A DNA stretch of 64,000 bases, taken from IMG/VR virus record IMGVR_UViG_3300027736_000029, positions 32,001 through 96,000 of that record. One strand, 5' to 3'. Source of the DNA: a virus. A program made the position numbers and the translations under genes. A model generated the notes under the pieces. It did not search any database and was not told the origin of the DNA. It worked only from the letters and a program-made list of their open reading frames with translations. Within the stretch, counting starts at the first letter, position 1. Each line of letters starts with the position of its first letter. Below are positions 49,368 to 60,177 of the stretch, one piece after another.

Positions 49368-50553
49368 TATTGAATTAAAAATTAACTACCTTGATGGTTG
49401 TATGGTTGAAATTGTTGGTGAAAAAGGTGTTCAGTATAATGAATCAGAAACATATGAAGTATTGTTTATTAATAATCAAACAGGTAAACTATTACATCAC
49501 GCAAATTTGAAACCTAATTATTGGACCAAACCAAGTATTCAGTATTTTGTTGAGTGGAAAATTGTAGTATTAAAAAACAATGTAGGTGTTATTCATGAAG
49601 AAATTATTAACCTACGAGACAAAGAAGTCTTAATTACTATTCAAAACACCCCTCTTGGTGATAACATTGCTTGGGTGGCATATGCAAATGAATTTGCAAA
49701 AAAACATAATTGTAAAGTGACATTACAATTTAGTTTGAAGGATTTATTTGAGGACACATATCCTAACATTAATATGGTTGATTTTGGAAATTATCAAATG
49801 GATGATGAAAAATTTTATGCCAGTTACAGAATGGTATATGGTAAAACACCTGAGGAACAATCTATATTACTTAATGAATTATATAAAAAAAAGAAAAAGT
49901 ATTTAGAAGGTTTAACGTTATGGAATACCGATTCATCCCCAAAACATCCTAATTTAGTACCACTACAAGAATTTGGAGCAACACAAATTGGTTTAGAATA
50001 CAAAGAAATAAAACCTTTAATTCAAAATATTTCAGACGAAAGACCAATTAAAAACAAATACATTTGTATTTCTGAATTTGCGTCAGGTCCAATAAAAGAA
50101 TGGAATAATCCTGTTGGCTGGGAAAAATTGATTCAAATGTTAAAGTCATATGGATATGAGATTGTTTCCATATCAAAAGAAAAATCAAACCTAAAAGGTA
50201 TCACTAAATTAAATGGTGACTTACCTTTATCTAACAGAGCATGGTACTTAAAACACTGTGATTTTTTTATTGGTATGAGTTCTGGTTTAGCTTGGTTAGC
50301 ATGGGCTTGTAACACCAAAGTTGTTATGATATCAGGAGTAACAATTAAAGAAAACGAATTTAGTCAAGATTGTGTTAGAATTTATAATGATAATGTTTGT
50401 CATGGTTGTTGGAATTCACCAAAACATTGTGATAAATTTGTAACATTTTTAAAAGATTTTTGTCCTGAAAATAAAAGATTTGAATGTACTAGAACCATAT
50501 CACCTACTATGGTTATGAATAAAATACTTGAAAATAATTTAATAAAAAACTAA
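49357..50553 (+). CDS. TibC/Aah-type (BAHT) protein O-glycosyltransferase
   Basis: N-terminal beta domain, LGDNIAW, WNN..GW, FIG.SSGL.WLAWA, CHGCWN..CP...FECTR. Confidence 0.85.
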   Translation: MKNNIELKINYLDGCMVEIVGEKGVQYNESETYEVLFINNQTGKLLHHANLKPNYWTKPSIQYFVEWKIVVLKNNVGVIHEEIINLRDKEVLITIQNTPLGDNIAWVAYANEFAKKHNCKVTLQFSLKDLFEDTYPNINMVDFGNYQMDDEKFYASYRMVYGKTPEEQSILLNELYKKKKKYLEGLTLWNTDSSPKHPNLVPLQEFGATQIGLEYKEIKPLIQNISDERPIKNKYICISEFASGPIKEWNNPVGWEKLIQMLKSYGYEIVSISKEKSNLKGITKLNGDLPLSNRAWYLKHCDFFIGMSSGLAWLAWACNTKVVMISGVTIKENEFSQDCVRIYNDNVCHGCWNSPKHCDKFVTFLKDFCPENKRFECTRTISPTMVMNKILENNLIKN

Positions 50554-50554
50554 A

Positions 50555-51202
50555 ATGAAAGATTTCTCTAATATACCCATTAACATAAATTTTATTGGTG
50601 GAGCATTTGTTGATATTCAAGATTTATCCTCTGAAAAATATTTAATTGAATATTATGAAAACACAGGACATGGATGGTCATTGGTCTCGTATAATGTAAT
50701 ACACTGTTATACTTGGTTCAAATACGTTGCAAAACAATTTAGAGTTAATTGGAAGATTAAAATATATGGTTGGTACGATAATAAAGTGGTTCAAGTAAGT
50801 GAACACACTTACAATGAAACCGATGAAAATGTTTTATTGCGACTTAAAACAGATTCTTATGAAGAATGTTTAGAGTGGTTTAATTTATCTGTTCAATTTA
50901 AGAAAAATACTGGTTGTAATTTACACATATATTCAAAATTTAATGACAGATTAAAATTACATAACAAATTACCTGAGATTATTTTTGAAGATATTGAACC
51001 TGCGGTATCTAACTTTCCAACAAAATATTATGCAGATTACGCAATTGATAGACACCATTTATTACATTTATCTTATGGTGAATGGGGTTCAGGTTGGGTC
51101 TTGTATCAAAACCACACGGAACCAAATGTGTCGTATAATCACAGAAATGATTGGTTAAAAATGACATCTAAACAATTATTTAACGACATTATGAATTTAT
51201 GA
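50555..51202 (+). CDS. Truncated BAHT-like protein (N-terminal part, no catalytic LGD)
   Basis: ININFI.GAFV.I...F..NWKIK, similar to the BAHT N-domains at 49357 and within 61212-63314. Confidence 0.55.
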   Translation: MKDFSNIPININFIGGAFVDIQDLSSEKYLIEYYENTGHGWSLVSYNVIHCYTWFKYVAKQFRVNWKIKIYGWYDNKVVQVSEHTYNETDENVLLRLKTDSYEECLEWFNLSVQFKKNTGCNLHIYSKFNDRLKLHNKLPEIIFEDIEPAVSNFPTKYYADYAIDRHHLLHLSYGEWGSGWVLYQNHTEPNVSYNHRNDWLKMTSKQLFNDIMNL

Positions 51203-52785
51203 GTAAAATTATAGGAATACACTATGGAGGACACGATTCCTCAGTAGCATACATAGAAGATGGTAAAATCATTTGTGCCATGGAAGAAGAAAAATTAACT
51301 GGTAGTAAAGCTCTCAATCATTTTTGGCAAAGACCAAACATGGGTTTAGATTTTTTAAGAGACAATTTTAATGTAACAATTAACAATGTTGACCATGTTG
51401 TTTTTGCTCTCCCCCGACATATGGGTATCGAACATGACTTTATGGGTGTTGAACATAAATTTGATAGTTTTTCACATCAAAAATGTCACGCATTAGGTGC
51501 ATATTTCACATCAGGTTTCAAAGGAAAAGTAATTGCAATGAGTCATGATGGTCAAGGACACAGAAGTAGAGGTAAAATCTACTTGTGTGACTCAGGTAGT
51601 TGTGAACAAGTACATACACTTCCAACATCATTAACAATGTCTATTGCTGGTGTTTGGGGTAAAGTAACCCAACTATTAGGTTGGAAGATGTTTAAGGATG
51701 AAGGTAAAATTGTTGGTATGGTTTCTCATGGTCAATTTGACCAAGAAATATATGATTATTTATCACAATGTTTAAAATATGAAGGTAATTTAATGATTGG
51801 ACCAAAAAATGGTCACCCAATGTTTGATTTTATTTTTGAACATAACTTAAATAAAAATGGTTATTTTGATTCAGTTGAAAAACGTAATAATTTAGCTTTT
51901 ACTTTAGAAGTATTATCGGAACAAATAATGTATCAATTTTTGAAGGACTTGAAAGACAAGTACCCTGATTATAATAAAATAACATTTGCTGGTGGTATTT
52001 TTGCAAATGTTAAATTAAACCAATTTATAAATAACACATCATTATTTGATGAAATCTTTATTCACCCATCAATGGGTGATGGTGGTTTGGCGTTGGGTGC
52101 CGCAATATGTAAATCTAATGAGTTAGGTGAATTACCAACACCAGTAAAATTAGACAATGTATTTTTTGGCTCAAAGTTTAGTAAAGAATATTGGGATAAT
52201 GAACTTTTATCACATGAAAACACTTTAACAACAGAACCTGTTTCTTTTGAAAAAATTGCTTCATTAATAAATGATGGTAAAATACTTGGAGTCTTTGTTG
52301 GTAAAACAGAGTATGGTCCAAGAGCTTTAGGTAATCGTAGTATTATTTGTAGACCAACAGATAAAGACACTCACACATTATTGAATACAAGACTTAAAAG
52401 AACTGAAATTATGCCATTTGCACCAAGTGTGTTGGAAGAACATTTTTTTGACGTGTTTTCAAATGACAAATCAAAGTATGCTGCAGAATTTATGACATTA
52501 TGTTATAACACTAAAGATTCTTGGATTGAGATGATTCCAGCGGTTATACATCAAAAAGATGGGACAGCAAGACCTCAAAGTGTAAATAAAATAACAAACC
52601 CACACTTTCATAATATAATTTCCGAGTATTATAAATTATCAGGAATACCATTAGTCTTAAACACATCTTTTAATTCACATGGTGAACCAATTAACAATTA
52701 TCCACACCAAGTATTAAAACATCTTTTGGACAATTCTATTGACTACATTATCACTGAAGATTATATTATTAGTAAAATAATATGA
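51199..52785 (+). CDS. NodU/CmcH-family carbamoyltransferase
   Basis: HDSS, EGK..G, AGG..ANVKLN, GD.G.A.G, EYGPRALGNRS, PFAP, DGTAR.Q, LNTSFN.HGEP. Confidence 0.95.
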   Translation: MSKIIGIHYGGHDSSVAYIEDGKIICAMEEEKLTGSKALNHFWQRPNMGLDFLRDNFNVTINNVDHVVFALPRHMGIEHDFMGVEHKFDSFSHQKCHALGAYFTSGFKGKVIAMSHDGQGHRSRGKIYLCDSGSCEQVHTLPTSLTMSIAGVWGKVTQLLGWKMFKDEGKIVGMVSHGQFDQEIYDYLSQCLKYEGNLMIGPKNGHPMFDFIFEHNLNKNGYFDSVEKRNNLAFTLEVLSEQIMYQFLKDLKDKYPDYNKITFAGGIFANVKLNQFINNTSLFDEIFIHPSMGDGGLALGAAICKSNELGELPTPVKLDNVFFGSKFSKEYWDNELLSHENTLTTEPVSFEKIASLINDGKILGVFVGKTEYGPRALGNRSIICRPTDKDTHTLLNTRLKRTEIMPFAPSVLEEHFFDVFSNDKSKYAAEFMTLCYNTKDSWIEMIPAVIHQKDGTARPQSVNKITNPHFHNIISEYYKLSGIPLVLNTSFNSHGEPINNYPHQVLKHLLDNSIDYIITEDYIISKII

Positions 52786-53363
52786 GCGTATTTAATATAT
52801 TTGCGTACGAAGATGAACCATTTGCAGGTGATGTAATTACTGAGTATGAGTTCATTAAACTAAAACATAAATTTGATGTTAAAAATGTTGTTGAGACAGG
52901 TAGTTATGTTTTTAGTACAACAAAATGGTTTGGTGAAAATTTTCAAACAGTATATACCTATGAAACTAATGAACATTTTTATAATGTCGGTATTGAAAAG
53001 ACTAAAGATTTTAATAATGTAAATTCATTTTTAGAAAACAGTTTAATTGGTCTACCAAATTTACAAGGTAAATTATCAGACCCAACAATTTTCTTCTTAG
53101 ATGCGCATTGGGGTGATTATTGTCCTTTATTAGATGAATTAGATATTATTTCAACATTAAACACAACACCAATTATTGTAATTCATGATTTCAAAACAAA
53201 TAATCCTGAATTAGGATATGATTCATATAATGGAAATGATTTTTGTTTTGATTGGATTGAAAATCATATAAAAAAAATATACCCAAATGGTTTTGATTAT
53301 TACTACAACACTGAGGCCGTTGGAGCTAAAAGAGGTTTAATTTATATCACACCAAAAATATAA
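52782..53363 (+). CDS. Class I SAM-dependent methyltransferase
   Basis: VETG, FFLDAH...PL..EL, IHD motifs. Confidence 0.75.
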   Translation: MSVFNIFAYEDEPFAGDVITEYEFIKLKHKFDVKNVVETGSYVFSTTKWFGENFQTVYTYETNEHFYNVGIEKTKDFNNVNSFLENSLIGLPNLQGKLSDPTIFFLDAHWGDYCPLLDELDIISTLNTTPIIVIHDFKTNNPELGYDSYNGNDFCFDWIENHIKKIYPNGFDYYYNTEAVGAKRGLIYITPKI

Positions 53364-53366
53364 TAC

Positions 53367-55310
53367 ATGAAAAAACTTTTAATTATTGCACCGCATTTGT
53401 CAACAGGAGGATGTCCTCAGGTTATTGTCAATAAAATTGAACTATTAAAAGACACATATCAAATAAAGTGTGTTGAATATTCAAACATTGCAGAAGTATT
53501 TAGAATTCAAAAAGATAGAATTATAAATTTAATTGGTCTTGATAATTTAGTTATTTTATCACAAAATAAAGAAGAAGTCTTGATGAATTTAATTGATGAG
53601 TTTCAACCAGATTTTATTTCTTTAGAAGAAGTACCTGAGTATTTTTTAGATGAAAAAATAACAAAAAGAATTTATTCAAATGATAGAAAATATATCATTA
53701 CTGAAACCACTCATGATTCTAGTTTTCCTGTTGAACGTAAAAGATGGTTTCCTGACAAATTTATTTTTGTAAGTGCATTTAGTGCTTTCAAATACTCAGG
53801 TTTTGATATCCCATATGAAATTGTTGAATATCCAGTTGATTTTAAATTACCAAGAAAAACTGAAATGCAAACCAAACTTAATTTTGACCCATCATATAAA
53901 CATGTGGTTAATGTAGGTTTATTTACACAAAGAAAAAACCAAGCTTATATCTTTGAATTGGCAAAAAGATTATTGGACTACAAAATTGTTTTTCACTTTT
54001 TGGGTAATTTGGCCGGAAACTTTCAAAGTTATTGGGAACCATTAATACAAAACAAACCTAATAACTGTATGGTTTGGGGTGAAAGAAATGATGTTTACGA
54101 TTTTTTAGAAGCGTCTGATTTATTTCTTTTTACATCAAAAGGTGATAAAAACAATAAAGAATTAAACCCAATAGCAATTAAAGAAGCATTAGAATATCAA
54201 ATACCAATGATGATGCACAATTTAGATGTATATTGTGGTAAATACGATGAATATAAAAATATCACTTATTTAACTGGTGATATTGAAACCGACATAACTA
54301 ACTTAAAAAAAATATTAAATATGAACACAATACAAGAAAAATTCTCCCTGTCTTTTGACGAAAATGAAAATAAAATTTATGTTAATTACAATGATAATGA
54401 ACCTGTAAATTATAAAGTATCAATTAAAGATATGACATCTAAATGTCCTATGTATTGGTTTAACTTTCAAGCAACCAATTCGGTAACATGGTATGTAGTA
54501 CCAATACCAACACATGTTGTTAAATTTAAACGATTATCGTCATTTAGAGGATTTGATGTTGATTTTTATAATGAAGATAACCAATTAGTTTTTTCTAAAG
54601 AATATGTTGTTAACGATATTGAACTACGTTATCCAATTTTTAATTATGATGGTTTTGATTGTAGTTGGAGAAACTATAATGAATTTTTTGTTGATGATAT
54701 TTATCGTAATTTTAATATAAATAATTTAGACACTGTAATTGACATTGGAGCTAATATTGGGTTATTCGCTAAATACATGTATTCTAAAGATGCTCGCAAA
54801 GTTGTTTTGGTTGAGGCTAACCCAAACTTAGAAAATAATATTAAAAATATGTTAGATAATGATTATAGTCGTTCATCTGTATATCTTTCACCAATTTTTT
54901 CAGAGAAAAAAACCGTAACATTTAATTATTCGGATAATAATTCAGCAATTGGTTCAATTGCTTTTGATTCAACAAAAGGTGTTGATTATGAATCTTTAAC
55001 TAATTCAATAGAACTTGAAACAATAACTTTAGACGAAATTATTGAAAAAGAAGGTATTGAACGAATTTCATTGTTAAAATGTGATATTGAAGGTGGTGAG
55101 TATGATTTAATTCCTTCTCTTACAGACAAACAAATGTCAATGATTGATAAATTTATGATTGAAATACATTCAAATACTGATAACCAAATACAACCTATAT
55201 TAGATAAGTTAGAATCTCATGGTTTTAATTATAAAATTTATTCACCAACGTTAAATTCAATGGAGTTAGGTGATAAAACAACAGAGTATGGGATGTTAGT
55301 TACGTATTAA
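53367..55310 (+). CDS. GT4-type glycosyltransferase fused to FkbM methyltransferase
   Basis: PHLSTGG, VG..T.RKNQ, E..P...KEA; C-terminal IDIGANIG, LKCDIEGGE. Confidence 0.88.
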   Translation: MKKLLIIAPHLSTGGCPQVIVNKIELLKDTYQIKCVEYSNIAEVFRIQKDRIINLIGLDNLVILSQNKEEVLMNLIDEFQPDFISLEEVPEYFLDEKITKRIYSNDRKYIITETTHDSSFPVERKRWFPDKFIFVSAFSAFKYSGFDIPYEIVEYPVDFKLPRKTEMQTKLNFDPSYKHVVNVGLFTQRKNQAYIFELAKRLLDYKIVFHFLGNLAGNFQSYWEPLIQNKPNNCMVWGERNDVYDFLEASDLFLFTSKGDKNNKELNPIAIKEALEYQIPMMMHNLDVYCGKYDEYKNITYLTGDIETDITNLKKILNMNTIQEKFSLSFDENENKIYVNYNDNEPVNYKVSIKDMTSKCPMYWFNFQATNSVTWYVVPIPTHVVKFKRLSSFRGFDVDFYNEDNQLVFSKEYVVNDIELRYPIFNYDGFDCSWRNYNEFFVDDIYRNFNINNLDTVIDIGANIGLFAKYMYSKDARKVVLVEANPNLENNIKNMLDNDYSRSSVYLSPIFSEKKTVTFNYSDNNSAIGSIAFDSTKGVDYESLTNSIELETITLDEIIEKEGIERISLLKCDIEGGEYDLIPSLTDKQMSMIDKFMIEIHSNTDNQIQPILDKLESHGFNYKIYSPTLNSMELGDKTTEYGMLVTY

Positions 55311-55328
55311 AATGAAAAATATAATTGT

Positions 55329-56360
55329 ATGTCAATTGATAGTGAAAAAACTTGCGTATTAATTGGTGCTCATCCTCAGAATTCAAATGATAGTGCTTTA
55401 CTATCATTAACAATTGAAGGTATTAAAAGACAAGGTTATAAAATATGTTTAGTATCTCATTCACCCGTTAATGTCGATATACAAAAATCCGTTAATTATT
55501 ATGTTTATTCAGATGAAAATGAAATTTTAACATTACCATCGTACTCAGATTCTGTAATTTTCTCAAGTTATCCTAATTATTATTACCAATCTAATTTAGG
55601 TAATAGATTAGGTACCACACATTACGCTTCGTTAATTAACTTAAAAAACGGATTAAATTTACTTAAAGAAAAAGGTTTTACACATTTCATATACCACAAT
55701 TACGATTATTTTATAAATCAAAAAGACCATACAGTATTAGAAACACACTTAAAAGATTTAACAAACTTAGACTATTGGTTTATGAATGATGCTCATGACC
55801 GTAATGGTTTATTTCCAGTTTTATCAATTTTTGCTGGCAAAATATCTTATTTTATTGAGTTATTTAGTGTTGCCAATTCTCCTGAAAATTATTTAAAATA
55901 TTGTGGTAATAATTATATTTTAGAATTTTTTGTAAGACAACGAATAAAAGACTGCGGTGGTTTTGGTATCATTGAAAAATTTAGAGCTTCAGATATTTTT
56001 ACAAGTAAGTGGGCCGGTATTGCAGACACTAAAGGATTACACCTACCAGATTATGATGTTGTAAACGCATATGTTGATTTAGTGAGAGATTATGATAATG
56101 AAAACCACATTTACGGTATTTTACCAATGTGTAATTCATCACATAATGTTGTTATTAATTTATATAAAAATGATGTGAAAATATTGTCAAACACCTTAAA
56201 ATTAGGTAGTATGTATTGGTGGTGGTATAAAACAACCGATAATGACAAATGGAAAATTGAATGTTATTTATCTGAAAGAATAATTAGTTCAGTTGAAAAA
56301 CTTGGTAGTGAAATATTATCAAATAAACCATCATTTTTAAAATTTAAGAAAAGTGAATAA
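55329..56360 (+). CDS. Putative GT-A-like protein, paralogue 1
   Basis: Family pattern ending GFTHF..NYD. Confidence 0.5.
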   Translation: MSIDSEKTCVLIGAHPQNSNDSALLSLTIEGIKRQGYKICLVSHSPVNVDIQKSVNYYVYSDENEILTLPSYSDSVIFSSYPNYYYQSNLGNRLGTTHYASLINLKNGLNLLKEKGFTHFIYHNYDYFINQKDHTVLETHLKDLTNLDYWFMNDAHDRNGLFPVLSIFAGKISYFIELFSVANSPENYLKYCGNNYILEFFVRQRIKDCGGFGIIEKFRASDIFTSKWAGIADTKGLHLPDYDVVNAYVDLVRDYDNENHIYGILPMCNSSHNVVINLYKNDVKILSNTLKLGSMYWWWYKTTDNDKWKIECYLSERIISSVEKLGSEILSNKPSFLKFKKSE

Positions 56361-57297
56361 CAGGGTAGTATTAATAAACTCATTCTGTGATAAACAGAAT
56401 AAAATTGATGTTTTAGAAAAAAACATAAAACTAATTAAATCTAATAATTTAGATGTTATATTATTATCACCCATAAATTTACCTGAGTATATTATTGATT
56501 TATGTAATGTTTTTATTCAGACAAAAGAAAATCCTGTTACAAAATGGCCAGGAAAAACAATGTTTGAATATTGGGCTTATTGTATGGATAATAAATTTTA
56601 CGAACTTCATTTAGGTAAATCAGATTATGGATGGGCGTCATTATACCAAATTAAAAAATTAAGTCAAATTGGGTTAACATATGATTATGAATATTATTTT
56701 CACATAATTTATGATACAGTAATTGACGAACATTTAATTGACACATTCTTAACTAACGAAAAATGTATATTATTCCCAAGTAATAAAGGTTTTGAAGTTG
56801 GTGGTTTTTTTATGGGTTTTAATAAAAATGTATTAAGTTTATTTCAAGAAATAATAACTAAGGATTTATATTATAAAAACTATGATGTTGCCGAAACTTT
56901 ACTATCTAACATATCAAAAGTCTTACCTTGTAAAATTGAAAAGTATGATACTAAGGATGAAATATATTTTTTTGAAAACTTAGATTTATTTAATTATTCT
57001 ATTTATGTTGATTTTAAGTTTTTCTTACATAAAAGAACATTGGCCGATGATGATACTGCTAAAATATTTTTTTACGATTTAAATGGTTCTTATGATGTAA
57101 CTGTTGAGGTAAATAACATTACTATTGATACGGTTATTAGTAATCATTATTTAATGGACCTAAATCTTCATCATGATGATGTATTTAGTTTATCAATAAC
57201 ATATAATGGTAATACACACAACTTAATCCATCTGTATAATAACATATCTCATAATAAAATTATAATAACTGATGTTGATGATTGTAATAATCTTTAA
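56353..57297 (+). CDS. Putative GT-A-like protein, paralogue 2
   Basis: Same N-terminal pattern; YG.AS...Y.Y.F..IYD. Confidence 0.5.
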   Translation: MNNRVVLINSFCDKQNKIDVLEKNIKLIKSNNLDVILLSPINLPEYIIDLCNVFIQTKENPVTKWPGKTMFEYWAYCMDNKFYELHLGKSDYGWASLYQIKKLSQIGLTYDYEYYFHIIYDTVIDEHLIDTFLTNEKCILFPSNKGFEVGGFFMGFNKNVLSLFQEIITKDLYYKNYDVAETLLSNISKVLPCKIEKYDTKDEIYFFENLDLFNYSIYVDFKFFLHKRTLADDDTAKIFFYDLNGSYDVTVEVNNITIDTVISNHYLMDLNLHHDDVFSLSITYNGNTHNLIHLYNNISHNKIIITDVDDCNNL

Positions 57298-57326
57298 TTT
57301 AATCAATTGTTTGTTATTATTTATTT

Positions 57327-58025
57327 ATGGATTTTAATTACTACTGCAACCAAAATAACACAGATAAAGGAGATTTATCACCACTTGGTAATCGATACGC
57401 CAATTTTTATGAAAATTGGTTTTCAAAACTAAAAAACTCAGCAACTAATATTTGTGAAATCGGTATTGATTCTGGAGGTTCTCTAAAGTCTTATTATGAT
57501 TATTTTCAAAACGCTCAAATTTTTGGATTAGATATAAATGACAAATCATTATACAATAATGATAGAATTAAGACATTTATTTTAGACCAAAGTAAATCTC
57601 AAGATTTAGATAGTTTTGTTAATTATTGTAAATCTAATAACATCCAATTTGACTTTATATTAGATGATGGTTCACATGATGTTGAACACCAACAATTAAC
57701 TTTTGGTAAATTATTTGAATTAGTTAAACCAAACGGTTTTTATATCATTGAAGATTTGGGTAGTAGTTACTTCACATTAGGTAATAATCTTTATGGTTAT
57801 ATTCAAACTCAAACTAAAATTAACAATAACACGATTAAATTTTTAAATCAAAGACCATTTAGTAGTCTTTGGATTTCAGAAGAAAACTTAATACAAATCA
57901 ATAACTTAGTAGATTCTGTAACCATATTTGATACATATAACAAAGATTTACCATATACTACTGATTTTACATGTGAAAATAATTACCCTATTAGGTCAAT
58001 TACTTCAGTTATTAAGAAAAAATAA
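57327..58025 (+). CDS. Sugar O-methyltransferase-like class I SAM MTase
   Basis: TDK, EIGI..GGSL, GLDI, DQS, DDGSH, YIIEDL motifs. Confidence 0.85.
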   Translation: MDFNYYCNQNNTDKGDLSPLGNRYANFYENWFSKLKNSATNICEIGIDSGGSLKSYYDYFQNAQIFGLDINDKSLYNNDRIKTFILDQSKSQDLDSFVNYCKSNNIQFDFILDDGSHDVEHQQLTFGKLFELVKPNGFYIIEDLGSSYFTLGNNLYGYIQTQTKINNNTIKFLNQRPFSSLWISEENLIQINNLVDSVTIFDTYNKDLPYTTDFTCENNYPIRSITSVIKKK

Positions 58026-58027
58026 TT

Positions 58028-59044
58028 ATGAAACTTTTAACCATATTAGATTGTTACATCCATAACAACACAATACTCAATAAATTAGATTCGTTTATTG
58101 ACAAATTAAAATCAAAAAATTCTGATATTTTATTAATTTCAAATACAACTATTCCAATAGAAATTCAACAAAAAGTAGATTATTGTTTATACGATTCCAA
58201 TAATCATTTTTTTTCAAGTGATTGGGAATTTTCTGAATTGTTTGTAGTTAAGACTTTAATATCTGGCGGTAATTGTCAAGATGTTTTTCCAAAATTACAA
58301 CCACATGGTTTATCTGTGATGATTAATATTTTTAACGCAATTACTATTGGTAAAAGTTTAGGTTATACCCATTTTGAAAAATTAGAATATGACCCATTAT
58401 TCTCTGACGAGTCATTTAACAATTTATCTTTATTACCTTCAAGATGTTTAGATGAAAATAAAAAAGGTTTGTACTTACTAAATAATATAACAAACCCTCC
58501 TGATGTATCCTTTCATTATTTTTTCTCTGAAATTGATTATTTTTTATCAAATGTTAAAAACATAAAATATGAAAATGATTATCGTGATTTTATTAATCAA
58601 ACAAATGGTAATAATTTCTTCATCAATGTTGAAAGATTTTTATATCAAAATTTAGAAATTTCTGGTTTAGAAAATTTTGTATTAATTAACGAAGAAGAAC
58701 GAGATTTGAAATTTCCAAACACGTATTGGAATTCTGAAGTTTCACCAAATAACATACCTAAAAAATATAATAGCTGTACATCTCGTTTGTATTTGCCAAT
58801 GGATACAAATGAGTATGTCGTATTATTATCAATGAATTATGATAATAAACATAAAGAAAGAATTATTAAATGTTATTTTGATGATGGTTTTATTTACACA
58901 TCAACACATCATATAACCAGTAAAGGTAGTTATACTTATGACAGTATAACCCCCAACATTCAGTTTATTGAAGTATTTGAGAATGGTGAGTTACTTTATA
59001 CTGAACATATCTCAGAAGTTAATAATCTAATACAAATTAGTTAA
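58028..59044 (+). CDS. Putative GT-A-like protein, paralogue 3
   Basis: HGLSV.IN...LGYTHF..LEYD. Confidence 0.5.
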   Translation: MKLLTILDCYIHNNTILNKLDSFIDKLKSKNSDILLISNTTIPIEIQQKVDYCLYDSNNHFFSSDWEFSELFVVKTLISGGNCQDVFPKLQPHGLSVMINIFNAITIGKSLGYTHFEKLEYDPLFSDESFNNLSLLPSRCLDENKKGLYLLNNITNPPDVSFHYFFSEIDYFLSNVKNIKYENDYRDFINQTNGNNFFINVERFLYQNLEISGLENFVLINEEERDLKFPNTYWNSEVSPNNIPKKYNSCTSRLYLPMDTNEYVVLLSMNYDNKHKERIIKCYFDDGFIYTSTHHITSKGSYTYDSITPNIQFIEVFENGELLYTEHISEVNNLIQIS

Positions 59045-59046
59045 AT

Positions 59047-60177
59047 ATGAAATTCACATTTGTTACATCATTTTATAAAACAGAGAATTATATTAAAGAA
59101 TTATATGATTCAATAAAATCACAAACCTATACCAATTGGGAATGGATTGTAACTGACGATTTTTCTGATGATAATACAAAACAAATTTTGTTAGACATTT
59201 GTTCTAATGATAAAAAAGTTAGATATATAGAACAATCCAAGAAAAAAGAAATGTTTTACAATCCACAATGGTTTTGTAAAGAATCTGAAATTATTGTTGA
59301 ACTTGGAAGTGATGATGTTATATCCCCCAAAGCTCTTGAGGTATATCTATATTATTTCACCAAATTCCCTGAAGTTATTATGATATCTTGTAGGTCCAAT
59401 TCTTTTTTGGACGATGGTAGTTGGAATAACTTTGAGGTTCGTAATTTCAAGAATTGTAAAAATCTATTGTGTGGGAATATCTTATATCTTAAAGCATGGA
59501 GAAATAAGATTACCGATGTTGATTACAACCCTGGTGATTGGATGGAGTTCTTCTATAATGATTTGGTATTCAATGCTCATTTAGAAGAGGAAGGTAAAGT
59601 ATTAATCTTACCAAGAGCTTTATACAAATACAGGTATAGACCTGAATCCATCAGCAGAAAATTATACACAATGGAAAACTTGGACAAGATGATGGATGAG
59701 AATAGAAACATTGTTTCAATGGTTAATGAACGTAGAGGTAACGAGATTGAAACGATTGACAGGTATTTTGAGGACATTGTTGATTTATCATTACCATTTA
59801 TGGATATGGAATTTTCCATGATTGATACTCAGAAAAGGATTGGGTATTTTACAACGTCAATTAACGATAAAAAATTTGGTTTAATTAAGGAGTTATTATT
59901 TGACCAAGACGTACATTTAAACAAATTTGACCGTGAGTATGATTGGGGATTTTATTATATTAAAACCATGACCGATGTTGTTCTTATGACGAATACAATA
60001 TCCAAAATTTTTGAATTAAACCCAAACTGCAATGTTAGAATTGCCGTGGACAATATTGAAAACACTGAATTAAGAGAAAAACTTTATAATGAAATTTCTG
60101 ATTTTTTATTACAAAAGTATTATTATTTCACTAACTGTTTTGAATTCTGTCTTTTTACAGTAGGAATACCATCATGA
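59047..60177 (+). CDS. GT2 glycosyltransferase
   Basis: S...QTY.NWEWIVTDDFS.D, SDD, LY.YR motifs. Confidence 0.9.
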   Translation: MKFTFVTSFYKTENYIKELYDSIKSQTYTNWEWIVTDDFSDDNTKQILLDICSNDKKVRYIEQSKKKEMFYNPQWFCKESEIIVELGSDDVISPKALEVYLYYFTKFPEVIMISCRSNSFLDDGSWNNFEVRNFKNCKNLLCGNILYLKAWRNKITDVDYNPGDWMEFFYNDLVFNAHLEEEGKVLILPRALYKYRYRPESISRKLYTMENLDKMMDENRNIVSMVNERRGNEIETIDRYFEDIVDLSLPFMDMEFSMIDTQKRIGYFTTSINDKKFGLIKELLFDQDVHLNKFDREYDWGFYYIKTMTDVVLMTNTISKIFELNPNCNVRIAVDNIENTELREKLYNEISDFLLQKYYYFTNCFEFCLFTVGIPS

